From positions 608,001 to 672,000 of the forward strand of contig JANRKO010000006.1 in assembly GCA_033763455.1 (NCBI GenBank): a stretch of DNA of 64,000 bases, given 5' to 3'. How positions within the stretch are numbered: position 1 is the stretch's first letter; every line of letters begins with the position of its first letter. This document shows, one piece after another, positions 1 to 10,691 of the stretch. The stretch comes from Polyangiaceae bacterium. Its GTDB lineage: Bacteria; Myxococcota_A; Polyangia; Polyangiales; Polyangiaceae. The notes below the pieces were generated by a model. It made no database searches. It was not told the origin of the DNA and saw only the letters and a list, made by a program, of their open reading frames with translations. The translations under genes were made by a program, and so were the position numbers.

Positions 1-38
1 TAGTCGGTAGCTCGTGAGGACGGCATGGGGATTGCTTT

Positions 39-710
39 GTGCAACCCATGATTTATCAAGCCCAAGCTCGGCGCCCAGCATTATATTTTCTTCCCCGTGG
101 TGGATGGCTCTTGGCCTGCACACTCGTGGCGTGTGGGGCACCCTCAGAACAAGAAATAGCCCGCAATGAGCCGTCGCCCTCGAGTGCTGCGCCTCAGGGC
201 GCAGGGGAATCGGCAGCTCAAGGTGGGGCATCATCGTATGACGTCGGATCTCCTGCGGCTTTTGAACAATCAAAAAAGGATGCTGCTGCTGCAACTTCAC
301 CTCAAGAGTGCCGGTTCATGCGTGGTCAGGGTGGCGCTAACCTCATTTCGTGCCCGACGATAACAATCGATTTCGTACCGCCCCTTCCCGCAACGAGTTC
401 CGTCTCGGTGGGTGTGGATGGCGCCAATCCAGAAGTATTGGCGACCGGTAGTACCTGCGAGGGCTTCGGGGCGTGCGTTCAACTGCAGGGGGACTCCCAA
501 GAGCGAAGGTCCGTAGTCCTGCGGCTATCGACTGGGAATGACCCTTTCTCGTTCGTACCCGACTACCCGGCTTCGGTGACTATCTCCGTGGGTATGGGCG
601 CGGACTCCAAGACCCTGGAATTTTCACCACTTGCGTATTCTTGCGTGGCTCAATCGGTCGATGACTGGTGCTGGAAGACCGAGCCCCTCACCTTCAATAC
701 GGCTCCCTGA
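39..710 (+). CDS. hypothetical lipoprotein
   Basis: 223-aa ORF; hydrophobic stretch ending in lipobox-like LVAC, Ser/Ala/Gly-rich linker, then a Cys-containing globular region; start uncertain. Confidence 0.6.
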   Translation: MQPMIYQAQARRPALYFLPRGGWLLACTLVACGAPSEQEIARNEPSPSSAAPQGAGESAAQGGASSYDVGSPAAFEQSKKDAAAATSPQECRFMRGQGGANLISCPTITIDFVPPLPATSSVSVGVDGANPEVLATGSTCEGFGACVQLQGDSQERRSVVLRLSTGNDPFSFVPDYPASVTISVGMGADSKTLEFSPLAYSCVAQSVDDWCWKTEPLTFNTAP

Positions 711-770
711 AGCGCCTAAAGCATCGCGCCGTCATAACCACAGGTTCACCACGGTAGAGGAGCCCCCGGC

Positions 771-2822
771 TTAGAACCCCTTGCTACTGGGCCTGCCCGA
801 TCGGATGGCCAGCATTACCTCGTGGTTGCGGGTAGTGGGCGCGCCGCGCTTGAGCACTACGTACGGTGGAGCGAACGCCACTACGCCAAATTGGGTGCCG
901 CGCAGAAGAGCTAATATTGGTTCGGCGCTTGGAGTGCAGGGGATGCCATAGGCGCTTACTACGTATTCGGCGTCGAACGGGTTACCTGAGAAATTGTAGG
1001 CGTTGGCCCGATTCGAGACGTGCGGCACCACGCAGTCTGAGGCGGCTACCGGTACTCTGGGCGGGATTACGCTCAGAACTTTGTCGCGAGCGATGCGACC
1101 TGCGCGATCCTGCTCCGTCGGCGTGAAAGCAAACTTGTAGAAGCCGCCCATCGCGGTGTTGTGCTGAAGCACCGCCCCAAAGTGGTAACTGGTGATGAGT
1201 GTTGCGACGGCTAGAGCAAGGAGCGAAGCCATGAAGCTGAGCGTTCCGGAGCGGGGCGTTTCCAAGCTCTCGGTTTTCATCGTTCCAAGGCCAATAATGG
1301 TAGCTACAAACACATAGGGGGTAAAATGTGCTGTGTATTGAAACGAAATCATGATTGGCGAGAGGGAGTTGGCCACGGCACTCCGACCCGTGAGGAGCGT
1401 GAAGGCAAACCCGGACACCAGCATGATTAACGTGAGGGGCTTGCGTAGCGGTAAGAAGAGAACTGGAACCAAGATCTGCAGAAGATACGTGAGTCTATCG
1501 CCCGTGAGTAGCGCGTGGGCTAAGTAGCCGGGATTCCCGAGTACCGTCTTCAGGATACCGCCCGCTCCAGTTTCTCCTTTGGGAATAATCCCTTCATACA
1601 TGTAGAGGAATGATGCCCCGCCGCCCTCGTTGGGCATAAGCACCATCTTCATGATTACGGAAAAGAGCAGAGAACTTACCGCTAATGCGGCTCCTGGCCA
1701 GGGCCGTTCGCCCGAGAGCACAAAGTAGGCACCCAAGGCTGCAAGCCCAAGCCCGATGTCTTCGCGTACGCTCAACGCAAGCGCTGCAAAAATAGCCATG
1801 AGGATGAGGCGCCGGCTTTGCAGAGCGGCGGCCGTGGCCAACACAAAGAAGGGGGCGAGAGTGAGATAGTGGAAGTGGTAGAGGTTGGAACCGTGAAGAG
1901 GAGCGTACAGAAGGTAGCACACGGCAACGAGTGCGGCGGGCCAACCTCCTATGCGGCTACGGCCAAGCAGGTACAGGGGAATCGCGCCCGCCGCTAATAG
2001 GACGGCCTGGATAATGAGCAGTGTTTCAGCTCGCTGTGCGAGTGCATAGATCGGGGCTAATGCGAAGGCGATAAACGTCGCGTGGAGACTAAAGTGGCCG
2101 CCTGTTGGGCCGCGAAGTGGCGAACACTTGAACAGCGGCGAAGAAAAATGGGTGGTATTCCACAGGATATTGTGTTCGATACCCAAATCGTAGGTGCTCG
2201 TGTAGCCGTACCAATGCGCTCGGACCGTGATGACACTGAAGTAGATGGCATAGGCTGCCGCCGCCAGGCTAACCGTCGCAAGTGGCAGATCCAAGGAGGG
2301 CTTAGACAAGAGCGCGCGCGACCCGTGGGCGAGGCGCACCATGCTTCCGCCCTCGGAGCGACCAAAGATTGGCGGTTGTCGCCACGCAACGATCAGCAGC
2401 GAGCGCAGCAAGAGCCCAACCACGCCCGTCATCACCAAAAGCGCTAGCGGGCGAGATTCCCAAAGTTCCCAGCGAGCTGCCAGCGGGAGGACCGGGAAAA
2501 CCAAAACAGGTGAAAGCCGGAGCGCGATGGATTCGAGTCGCGGCCCGCCGTGCTTTTTGGCTCCAAGGATCAACGCCACAAGTGTTGCTACGCCCATGGC
2601 GGCAGCGATCCCCAACATGACGGAGGAGCGAGCTTCTCGTTCAAGAGCGTTGGTCCCGACGTAGGAAAGGAGTCGGTCGCCGAGCGTTGCGTAGGCAATG
2701 GCGAGCGCAGCGCTGGCGGCTTCAAGATTGAGCAGGCAGAGCGCTCGTGCCAATCCGGGGAGCTGACTTCTCGGTTCCGTCATTGGGCGCGCAGCATATG
2801 GGGCCTCCGGGCAATTGACCAC
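771..2822 (-). CDS. DUF2079-like multi-pass membrane protein (putative GT-C glycosyltransferase)
   Basis: Many TM segments; motifs YDLGIEHNILWN, HFSLH, ETLLIIQA, YHFH, VRED, FQY resemble DUF2079; extra N-terminal membrane region. Confidence 0.75.
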   Translation of the reverse strand: MVNCPEAPYAARPMTEPRSQLPGLARALCLLNLEAASAALAIAYATLGDRLLSYVGTNALEREARSSVMLGIAAAMGVATLVALILGAKKHGGPRLESIALRLSPVLVFPVLPLAARWELWESRPLALLVMTGVVGLLLRSLLIVAWRQPPIFGRSEGGSMVRLAHGSRALLSKPSLDLPLATVSLAAAAYAIYFSVITVRAHWYGYTSTYDLGIEHNILWNTTHFSSPLFKCSPLRGPTGGHFSLHATFIAFALAPIYALAQRAETLLIIQAVLLAAGAIPLYLLGRSRIGGWPAALVAVCYLLYAPLHGSNLYHFHYLTLAPFFVLATAAALQSRRLILMAIFAALALSVREDIGLGLAALGAYFVLSGERPWPGAALAVSSLLFSVIMKMVLMPNEGGGASFLYMYEGIIPKGETGAGGILKTVLGNPGYLAHALLTGDRLTYLLQILVPVLFLPLRKPLTLIMLVSGFAFTLLTGRSAVANSLSPIMISFQYTAHFTPYVFVATIIGLGTMKTESLETPRSGTLSFMASLLALAVATLITSYHFGAVLQHNTAMGGFYKFAFTPTEQDRAGRIARDKVLSVIPPRVPVAASDCVVPHVSNRANAYNFSGNPFDAEYVVSAYGIPCTPSAEPILALLRGTQFGVVAFAPPYVVLKRGAPTTRNHEVMLAIRSGRPSSKGF

Positions 2823-2891
2823 GTAGAAGAGCGCCGCCGCCCCGCCAGCGCAAGGTGCACCCCTCGCCCCCTTTTGCTATAGCCCCCGCGC

Positions 2892-3827
2892 ATGACCAAA
2901 GTGTTCATCGATGGGCAGGAGGGCACCACGGGGCTTCAAATCCGGGACCGACTTGTCGAGCGCACGGATCTTGAGCTTTTGGAGATCGATCCTAAGGAGC
3001 GCAAAGCGGAAGACGCGCGCCGGAGCTTGATCCAGCAGGCCGACATACTGATCACCTGCCTGCCGGATGACGCGGCTCGTGCCTCGGTGGGCATGATCAA
3101 GGGCGACCGCACTCGGGTCATCGATCCGAGCACGGCGCATCGGACGCTGCCAGGCTGGACGTACGGCTTGCCTGAGCTGCACAAGGGTCAGCGCACAGAG
3201 GTTCAAAATTCCCAGCGAGTCGCGGTTCCTGGCTGTCACGCAACGGGGTTCGTCCTCGCTTGCTATCCGTTGATCCAAGCGCGGCTGTTGCCAACAGATT
3301 ACCCGCTTGTCGTGCACTCGCTCACCGGTTACAGCGGTGCGGGCCGGAAAGGAATTGAACTTTATCAATCTCCCACCGAAGGCATGGCGGCTCGGCCCTA
3401 CGCACTGGAGCTTTCGCACAAACACCTGCCAGAAATGCAAGTTATCTGCGGGCTTACGCGCCCTCCGATCTTTGAGCCTGTGATCGTTAACCTCTACAAG
3501 GGCATGTTAGTTTCGGTGCCTTTGTATCGGCACATGCTGGCTCCCGGCGCGACCCTTGAATCTGTGCACAAAACGCTCTCGGAGCACTACGCCGGAGAAT
3601 GTTTTGTCCGCGTCATGCCGCTAGGGTACGCGCCCGAGGGTGGCGCGCTCGATCCCACGGGCTGCAACGACACCAATCGCCTTGATTTGTTCGTATTCGG
3701 CAATGCCGAGCGTATTCTCCTGGTAGCGCGCCTCGACAACCTCGGAAAAGGGGCTTCAGGTGCAGCAGTACAGTGCCTGAACTTGATGCTCGGTGTCGAT
3801 GAACGCACCGGGCTTCGCGTGGATTAG
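2892..3827 (+). CDS. argC: N-acetyl-gamma-glutamyl-phosphate reductase (type 2)
   Basis: KVFIDGQEGTTGLQI, PGCHATG catalytic Cys, GYSGAG, LDNLGKGASGAAVQ. Confidence 0.96.
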   Translation: MTKVFIDGQEGTTGLQIRDRLVERTDLELLEIDPKERKAEDARRSLIQQADILITCLPDDAARASVGMIKGDRTRVIDPSTAHRTLPGWTYGLPELHKGQRTEVQNSQRVAVPGCHATGFVLACYPLIQARLLPTDYPLVVHSLTGYSGAGRKGIELYQSPTEGMAARPYALELSHKHLPEMQVICGLTRPPIFEPVIVNLYKGMLVSVPLYRHMLAPGATLESVHKTLSEHYAGECFVRVMPLGYAPEGGALDPTGCNDTNRLDLFVFGNAERILLVARLDNLGKGASGAAVQCLNLMLGVDERTGLRVD

Positions 3828-4150
3828 CGCTCCGCGTCGCTCCGCACCGACTGCAGATAGAGCAGGACCTGTTCCCGTTCTAGCGAAGTGAGCTCCACAC
3901 CGTGCTGGGTTTGCATTCGCTCTACAGCCTGCGGCCACTCTGCAGCAGAGAGCCGCTCGGGGAGCCACAATGTGTGACACCCCGAGCACTTGGCGACATA
4001 GGTACTGCGCGCCGCTGTAAGAGATTCGACGCTGGTGCCCGGAGAGCGTTTTTGCGCGGCCTCTGCGTGTGCGGGGGAAGGGAGTGGGAGTGTCGCGTTG
4101 CAACCCGAGAGGAGCACCGCGCTTAGGGCTAACTCAGGCCGTAGAGTCAA
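3824..4150 (-). CDS. small monoheme c-type cytochrome lipoprotein
   Basis: Lipobox LSGC; single CSGCH heme motif; downstream W..AVERM gives a candidate Met axial ligand; 4-nt overlap with upstream gene. Confidence 0.8.
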   Translation of the reverse strand: MTLRPELALSAVLLSGCNATLPLPSPAHAEAAQKRSPGTSVESLTAARSTYVAKCSGCHTLWLPERLSAAEWPQAVERMQTQHGVELTSLEREQVLLYLQSVRSDAER

Positions 4151-5007
4151 AGGTCGAATCCCATCAAAATACGCGTTTGGACGTATTCCCCGTCGGAAAG
4201 ATCGAGGTGGCTGTCAGGGGAGGCACCCTTGAAGGCTAGAATTTGTGGCAGAACACTGAGCGTGAGCCAGTAGCGGTCGGAAGCAACCGCAAAGGAGGGC
4301 CCAGCACTCACACGTGAGTGTTCGAGCTCACCGTGCTCCAGTTTATTATACTGTTCGAGCTCTACTCCCACCACCATGTTAGGTTTGACAAAGTATCCTG
4401 CGCCAGCTGCCACGCCGGTCTTGATTTCTTTCTCTGTCTCGAGCTCACCCATGCCCCATTCGAACTCGAATACAGGGTTCGCGGCGAACAACAGCGAGCC
4501 GATCTGCTTGTCTACGATAACTTTGGCTTCTAGCTCCACCTCGGCGGGCCCAATGCTGACTTCCCCGTAGAGCGCGCTGCCCACGGCATCTGCCACGGCA
4601 TCACTCAACTTGTACTTCCACTCGGAAGAGATGCCGGAGAATTCAAACGCGCTTGAGCGAACACGGGTTGTCCCCATGCCGGTGGCATCGGGTACGCTGC
4701 TATCGGCGGTGACGGCCTTAAAGTTCCAATACAGCGCCGTTTGCAGGTTTTCTACAACACCCACCTCAAACTCGAGCCGTTGATCGAAGCGGCTAAAGTA
4801 CGCGTCGCGCCCGGCGCGCCACGTAGTCCACGGCTCTAGCTCCATCGCGCCCGGGTTGAGCACCGCGGATTCGTACGTGCGGTTGAAGTGCCGATCCGAT
4901 GCCTCTGCGGTAGCGGGGTACATCATCACCGCCGCGGTCAGGAGCCCGAGGCCGGTTGCAAAGTATTGGAAGGTGGGGAGGGGCTTGAAACTTGTTGGCC
5001 GGTTCAT
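4147..5007 (-). CDS. putative outer-membrane beta-barrel protein (DUF6662-like)
   Basis: Signal peptide ending AEA; alternating amphipathic strands; F.RTYE...L.PG..ELE.W N-terminus; C-terminal GFDL. Confidence 0.7.
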   Translation of the reverse strand: MNRPTSFKPLPTFQYFATGLGLLTAAVMMYPATAEASDRHFNRTYESAVLNPGAMELEPWTTWRAGRDAYFSRFDQRLEFEVGVVENLQTALYWNFKAVTADSSVPDATGMGTTRVRSSAFEFSGISSEWKYKLSDAVADAVGSALYGEVSIGPAEVELEAKVIVDKQIGSLLFAANPVFEFEWGMGELETEKEIKTGVAAGAGYFVKPNMVVGVELEQYNKLEHGELEHSRVSAGPSFAVASDRYWLTLSVLPQILAFKGASPDSHLDLSDGEYVQTRILMGFDL

Positions 5008-5029
5008 TGGTGGCGGACCTTAATGAAAA

Positions 5030-5044
5030 TGAAAGTCACTTTCA
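5030..5044. promoter_or_regulatory. Fur-family-like 7-1-7 operator
   Basis: Perfect inverted repeat TGAAAGT-C-ACTTTCA within AT-rich TAATGAAAATGAAAGTCACTTTCAATAA, 23 nt upstream of the 5007 start; same geometry as Fur TGATAAT-N-ATTATCA. Confidence 0.65.
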
Positions 5045-5158
5045 ATAACCAAGTTTAGACTTTTTACTTCCCATAAGTGTTTGAAATGATTGATCTCTAG
5101 TTCGAGCACTCCGAAGTTGCGCCCCAGGGAAGGGGAGACCGGGAGAGCCCAACCACAC

Positions 5159-6076
5159 CTACGCCGGACGGGTATTGGCGGAGGGAGCCCTCTCATCGAG
5201 CTCGCCTCGAAGCAGCTCCACAAAGGCCTGGGCCGCTGAACTCAGTCGCTTGCCCTTGTGGGTGATGAGCTGCAGGCCACGCCGGAGCTCTAGGCCGCGT
5301 ATGGGGACCACCAAAAGGTGTCGCGTCGAAAGCTCAAGTTCAATGGTTAACTTGGAAACGAATGCCAGACCCAGCCCCGAAGCGACAGCATTTTTCAAAG
5401 CTTCGGTTCCTCCCAAGCTCATCACTGGGTTGATGCTGATGCCGCGGCTTAGAAGTGCCGCTTCCACCACATCGCGCGTTCCTGAACCCGGCTCGCGAAA
5501 AAGGATCGGGTACTTTACAAGCTCTGCAGCTGAAGCGAGAGGCCCCTTAGGTCGCACGCCTCGTGTGCCAGAAATAAGCACAATTTCGTCGTGAGCCACC
5601 ACCTCGGCATCTACCGCGCTGGTGCTCACCAGGCCTTCGGTGAGACCGAAATCGAGTTGACCTTCGAGTACTTTGCCTTGAACGTCTCGCGTGTTGTTGA
5701 TCTCAACACTCAAGTGCACCTGAGGGTGACTCTCCCTGAAAGCTGCTAAGAGTGGAGGTAACAAGTAGTTGCCAATGGTGGTGCTGGCACCAATCGCGAG
5801 CGCTCCTCGTGAAAGGCCGCTCAACTCCGCCAACTCAAGCTCGGCGGCTTGCTCGGCCGCAAAGATCGTGGTTGCGTGGCGGCGAAGCGCTTCCCCGGCC
5901 TCGGAGAGCAGCACCCCGCGGGGAAGTCGATCGAGCAAGGAGAGGCCGAGCGCTCCCTCCAACTCCGCCAACTGTTTGGAGACGGCGGGTTGACTCACCC
6001 GCAGCGCCCGGGCCGCTGCCGTGAGGCTTCCATGGTTCGCCACAGCGGCAAATACCCGTAGTTGGTTAAGATTCAC
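5159..6076 (-). CDS. LysR family transcriptional regulator (CysL/CmpR-like)
   Basis: LysR HTH (LRVFAAVA..GSLTAAA..L.VSQPAVS); effector domain IGASTTIGNYLLP and REPGSGTR typical of the CysL-like subgroup; divergent from sulfite reductase operon. Confidence 0.92.
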   Translation of the reverse strand: MNLNQLRVFAAVANHGSLTAAARALRVSQPAVSKQLAELEGALGLSLLDRLPRGVLLSEAGEALRRHATTIFAAEQAAELELAELSGLSRGALAIGASTTIGNYLLPPLLAAFRESHPQVHLSVEINNTRDVQGKVLEGQLDFGLTEGLVSTSAVDAEVVAHDEIVLISGTRGVRPKGPLASAAELVKYPILFREPGSGTRDVVEAALLSRGISINPVMSLGGTEALKNAVASGLGLAFVSKLTIELELSTRHLLVVPIRGLELRRGLQLITHKGKRLSSAAQAFVELLRGELDERAPSANTRPA

Positions 6077-6089
6077 CCCAGAAGTCTAG

Positions 6090-6106
6090 CATAACTATTA
6101 GTTATG
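6090..6106. promoter_or_regulatory. LysR-type binding site
   Basis: Perfect palindrome CATAACTA-T-TAGTTATG containing T-N11-A, in the 68-bp divergent gap between the LysR gene and the sulfite reductase operon. Confidence 0.75.
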
Positions 6107-6144
6107 TGAAGCATAAGTATTATGTCATTTGATTATCTCTGGGG

Positions 6145-6482
6145 ATGGCGCAAATCATCCATCGGAAAATGGGAAAACCTAGAGGAACTCACTACGTCGT
6201 AACCGCCTCGTTCACCAAAACGGGCGCCCCCATCTATTTCACGCCCGAGGGTACCTGGACTTCGGATCTGCAGAAGGCGGCGCTGATAGAAACGGTCGCG
6301 GAGCGGGATGCCCAGGTGCTCCTGGCTTCCGCTCACGAAGCTGTAGCTTGCGATGTCTATACCTTCATGGTGTCTCGCGAGAACGGAGTCATCGATCCGT
6401 TGAGTGCTCGCGAAGAAATTCGCGCCAAGGGGCCCACGATTGAGATGCGGCGCCCGGACACAGGTTTTTCCAGCAAGGGAGT

Positions 6483-6486
<4 letters not shown>
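6145..6486 (+). CDS. DUF2849-like protein
   Basis: VVTA...G...Y....G.W and C-terminal REEIRAKGPT; customary position directly upstream of a sulfite reductase. Confidence 0.8.
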
Positions 6487-8142
<1,656 letters not shown>

Positions 8143-8156
<14 letters not shown>

Positions 8157-8631
8157 AGATCAGAAGATCGTTGAAGACACTTGGGTGTACTTGGCTGACG
8201 ACGCCGAGCTGCCAGCCTCGGGAGACGTGATCGTCTCAACGCAACGCCTGCATCGGGACTCGGCGGCGCTGTTCGCGCGCTCGGGTGCGGTGGGCGTGCG
8301 GTTGAAGAGTGATGAGTTGCCGGATGTTATTGGTCCAGATCTCGCTCGCTTGGCACTCGTTGCCGTCGATTTCCCCAAGTTCGGCGATGGCCGCGGTTAC
8401 ACAACCGGGCGCCTCCTGCGGGAACGCTACAACTTCAAGGGTGAGCTCCGCGCCATCGGCAATGTCTTGCGCGATCAGATTTTCTACATGCACCGGTGTG
8501 GCTTCAATGCGTTTGAGCTCACTCCGGGCAAGAGCCTCGAATCAGCGTTGGAAGCCTTCGGCGAGTTCTCGGTCAGCTATCAGGCCGCGGCCGATGATCC
8601 TCGGCCACTCTACCGCCGTCGGGCGATCTAA
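8143..8631 (+). CDS. DUF934 family protein
   Basis: FPKFGDGRGY, ELRAIG.VLRDQ..YMHRCGF.AF; likely ATG at 8143 (in frame with the 7876 ORF) overlapping the cysI stop. Confidence 0.9.
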
Positions 8632-8726
8632 AGTTCCGACCGAGCGGCTGGAGCCCTGCGGCCGCACGCGGGCTTGTCCGTTCGCTGGAACGAGGCTCTA
8701 CTTGGGCAGATTGGGAGCCCATTGTC

Positions 8727-10055
8727 ATGAGCCACGAAGACGCCAGTGCCGAGCCCGTTTGCGTAATTGAGTCCATCCCCACAGGGGGTGATAACGAAAT
8801 TGACGCCGGGACCATCCGAGCCGAGGGGATCCCAACCCCTCCACACCTCCGGCTCTATCCGGAGCTTGGTCGCGGTGGCATGGGGCGCATTCACCCGGCC
8901 ACCGATCGAAACTTGTTGCGCCACGTCGCACTCAAGCGGCTCGATCGCGATCTTGCACGCGAGCCCATGTATCGTGATGGCTTCATCGCTGAAGCGCAAA
9001 TCACCGGGCAGTTGGAGCACCCGAATATCGTGCCTGTCCACGAGCTGGCCCTCTCCAAGGAAGGCGTGCCCTACTTCACGATGAAGCTTGTTCAAGGTTG
9101 GAGCTTCGACAAATGGTTGGCGCATCCGTTGCGTCGAGTGGGCGCGCACGCTCGAATTGAGGAGGGGTTAGAGATTTTCTTGAAGGTGTGTGATGCCATC
9201 GCCTACGCACACCACCGCGGTGTCATCCATCGGGATCTCAAGCCTGAGAACATCATGGTGGCTGATTTCGGGCAGGTTTACTTGATGGATTGGGGGCTCG
9301 CGAAGCTTACTAAGCGGCGCCCTGCCTCCGGTGCGGAGTCACAGATGGAGGCGCCGGGGCCCGTAGGTACGATCACACACATGGCCCCGGAACAAGCGCG
9401 CGGCAATCCCGAAGACATGGATGAACGCAGCGATATCTTCGGCCTGGGCGCGATATTGTATGAAATCGTTAGCAATCGCACGCCGTACGGTCGCTACACC
9501 GATTACGAATCCTGTCTCGCGCTCGCGCAGGCCGGAAAAGTGATTCCGATCGCGGATGTGGCTCAGCGCGTCCCCATCCCGCGCCGCCTGTGCAGCATCA
9601 TCGCGCGGGCCACAGCGCCGGATCCAAAGGATCGCTACCAAACAGCGACTGAGTTTCGTCAGGATGTGCACGCGTTCCTGCGGGGCGGTTTGCACCTTCC
9701 ACAGGAAACCTTCGAACCTGGCGCCCTGATCCTGCGAGAGGGAGACGTCGGCGATCGCGCGTACATGATCGTGAGCGGACAGTGCCGTGCGTTTCGGTCG
9801 GTGCAGGGGCAGCGCGAAACGCTTACGACCATGGGGCCTGGCGAAGTTTTTGGAGAGATGGCGCTGCTCTTGGCAGAACCGCGTGCTGCTTCCGTGGAAG
9901 CGGTAGACCAAGTGTTGGTACTAGTGCTCGACAAGAACACTATGGCGGAGGGCCTAGGGTTAGAGGGTTGGACGGGTTCGCTGGTGCGAGCTCTGGCACA
10001 GCGCTTCCGGCGCCTTGAGCAGCAATTCCGAGATTCAGGCTTACGCCGCGGTTAA
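8727..10055 (+). CDS. Hanks-type Ser/Thr kinase with C-terminal cyclic-nucleotide-binding domain
   Basis: LGRGGMG, VALK, HRDLKPEN, DWGLAK, APE; C-terminal GEVFGEMALL..EPRAASV; no TM segment. Confidence 0.92.
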   Translation: MSHEDASAEPVCVIESIPTGGDNEIDAGTIRAEGIPTPPHLRLYPELGRGGMGRIHPATDRNLLRHVALKRLDRDLAREPMYRDGFIAEAQITGQLEHPNIVPVHELALSKEGVPYFTMKLVQGWSFDKWLAHPLRRVGAHARIEEGLEIFLKVCDAIAYAHHRGVIHRDLKPENIMVADFGQVYLMDWGLAKLTKRRPASGAESQMEAPGPVGTITHMAPEQARGNPEDMDERSDIFGLGAILYEIVSNRTPYGRYTDYESCLALAQAGKVIPIADVAQRVPIPRRLCSIIARATAPDPKDRYQTATEFRQDVHAFLRGGLHLPQETFEPGALILREGDVGDRAYMIVSGQCRAFRSVQGQRETLTTMGPGEVFGEMALLLAEPRAASVEAVDQVLVLVLDKNTMAEGLGLEGWTGSLVRALAQRFRRLEQQFRDSGLRRG

Positions 10056-10138
10056 TCACTTCCCAAGGGTTGACGAAACTGGGAGAGCCCCGAACATTGC
10101 GGAGGCACGGGTCCATCACGCGTGTCATTCAAGGTACT

Positions 10139-10450
10139 ATGAAGCTCACATTTCTAGCTGGCTTTTCGGCAGTTCTTCTGATCCGCTGCGGCGGAGCGAC
10201 GGTAACTGGAGATTGCGATGTGGGTTCCTCATGTTCCCCGGCAGCTCCGACTGCTCCCACTCTGCCCAACGAAAAGCCCGGAACCACCATTCCTTCAACT
10301 GTGGGCGGCAAATGCAACGCCGACAAGGACTGCCCAAGCGGGCAGAACTGTTTTGGAAGCCAATGTATTGCGATTGGCGAGTTTATGCCGTTCCCAGAGT
10401 CTGCTTCTCTTAAAGTAGATCACGGCGCACCTCCGCCTTCCACGCGTTAG
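10139..10450 (+). CDS. small Cys-rich lipoprotein
   Basis: MKLTFLAGFSAVLLIRC signal/lipobox-like start; CNADKDCPSGQNCFGSQC module. Confidence 0.6.
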   Translation: MKLTFLAGFSAVLLIRCGGATVTGDCDVGSSCSPAAPTAPTLPNEKPGTTIPSTVGGKCNADKDCPSGQNCFGSQCIAIGEFMPFPESASLKVDHGAPPPSTR

Positions 10451-10691
10451 CTAGCGTGCGCACGAACGAGCGAGGAAGCCTCGAACGAGCGTTAGCCAGC
10501 AAACCTAGAACGAGCGAGCGAAGGTGAACGTGAGCGCTGGCCGTGTGTGCGCCAGGCTGCGGCCAAGTGCGAATTGACTGCAGGTATCGCACTTCAACTC
10601 ATGAGCCTAAGTGGTAAAAGCGCGTACCTCATTGAGGCCCGCACGCAATATTCCTTTGATGGCGTTTCCTATCTCGGTCAACGTTTGAAGG

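Noticed and set aside
5072..5095. IHF-like/att-like AT-rich motif (TAAGTGTTTGAAA)
   Set aside because: One mismatch to the IHF consensus, no integrase or tRNA nearby; more simply part of the promoter region
10464..10536. CRISPR array
   Set aside because: Repeats are only 9 bp, spacing is short and irregular, and no cas genes are present
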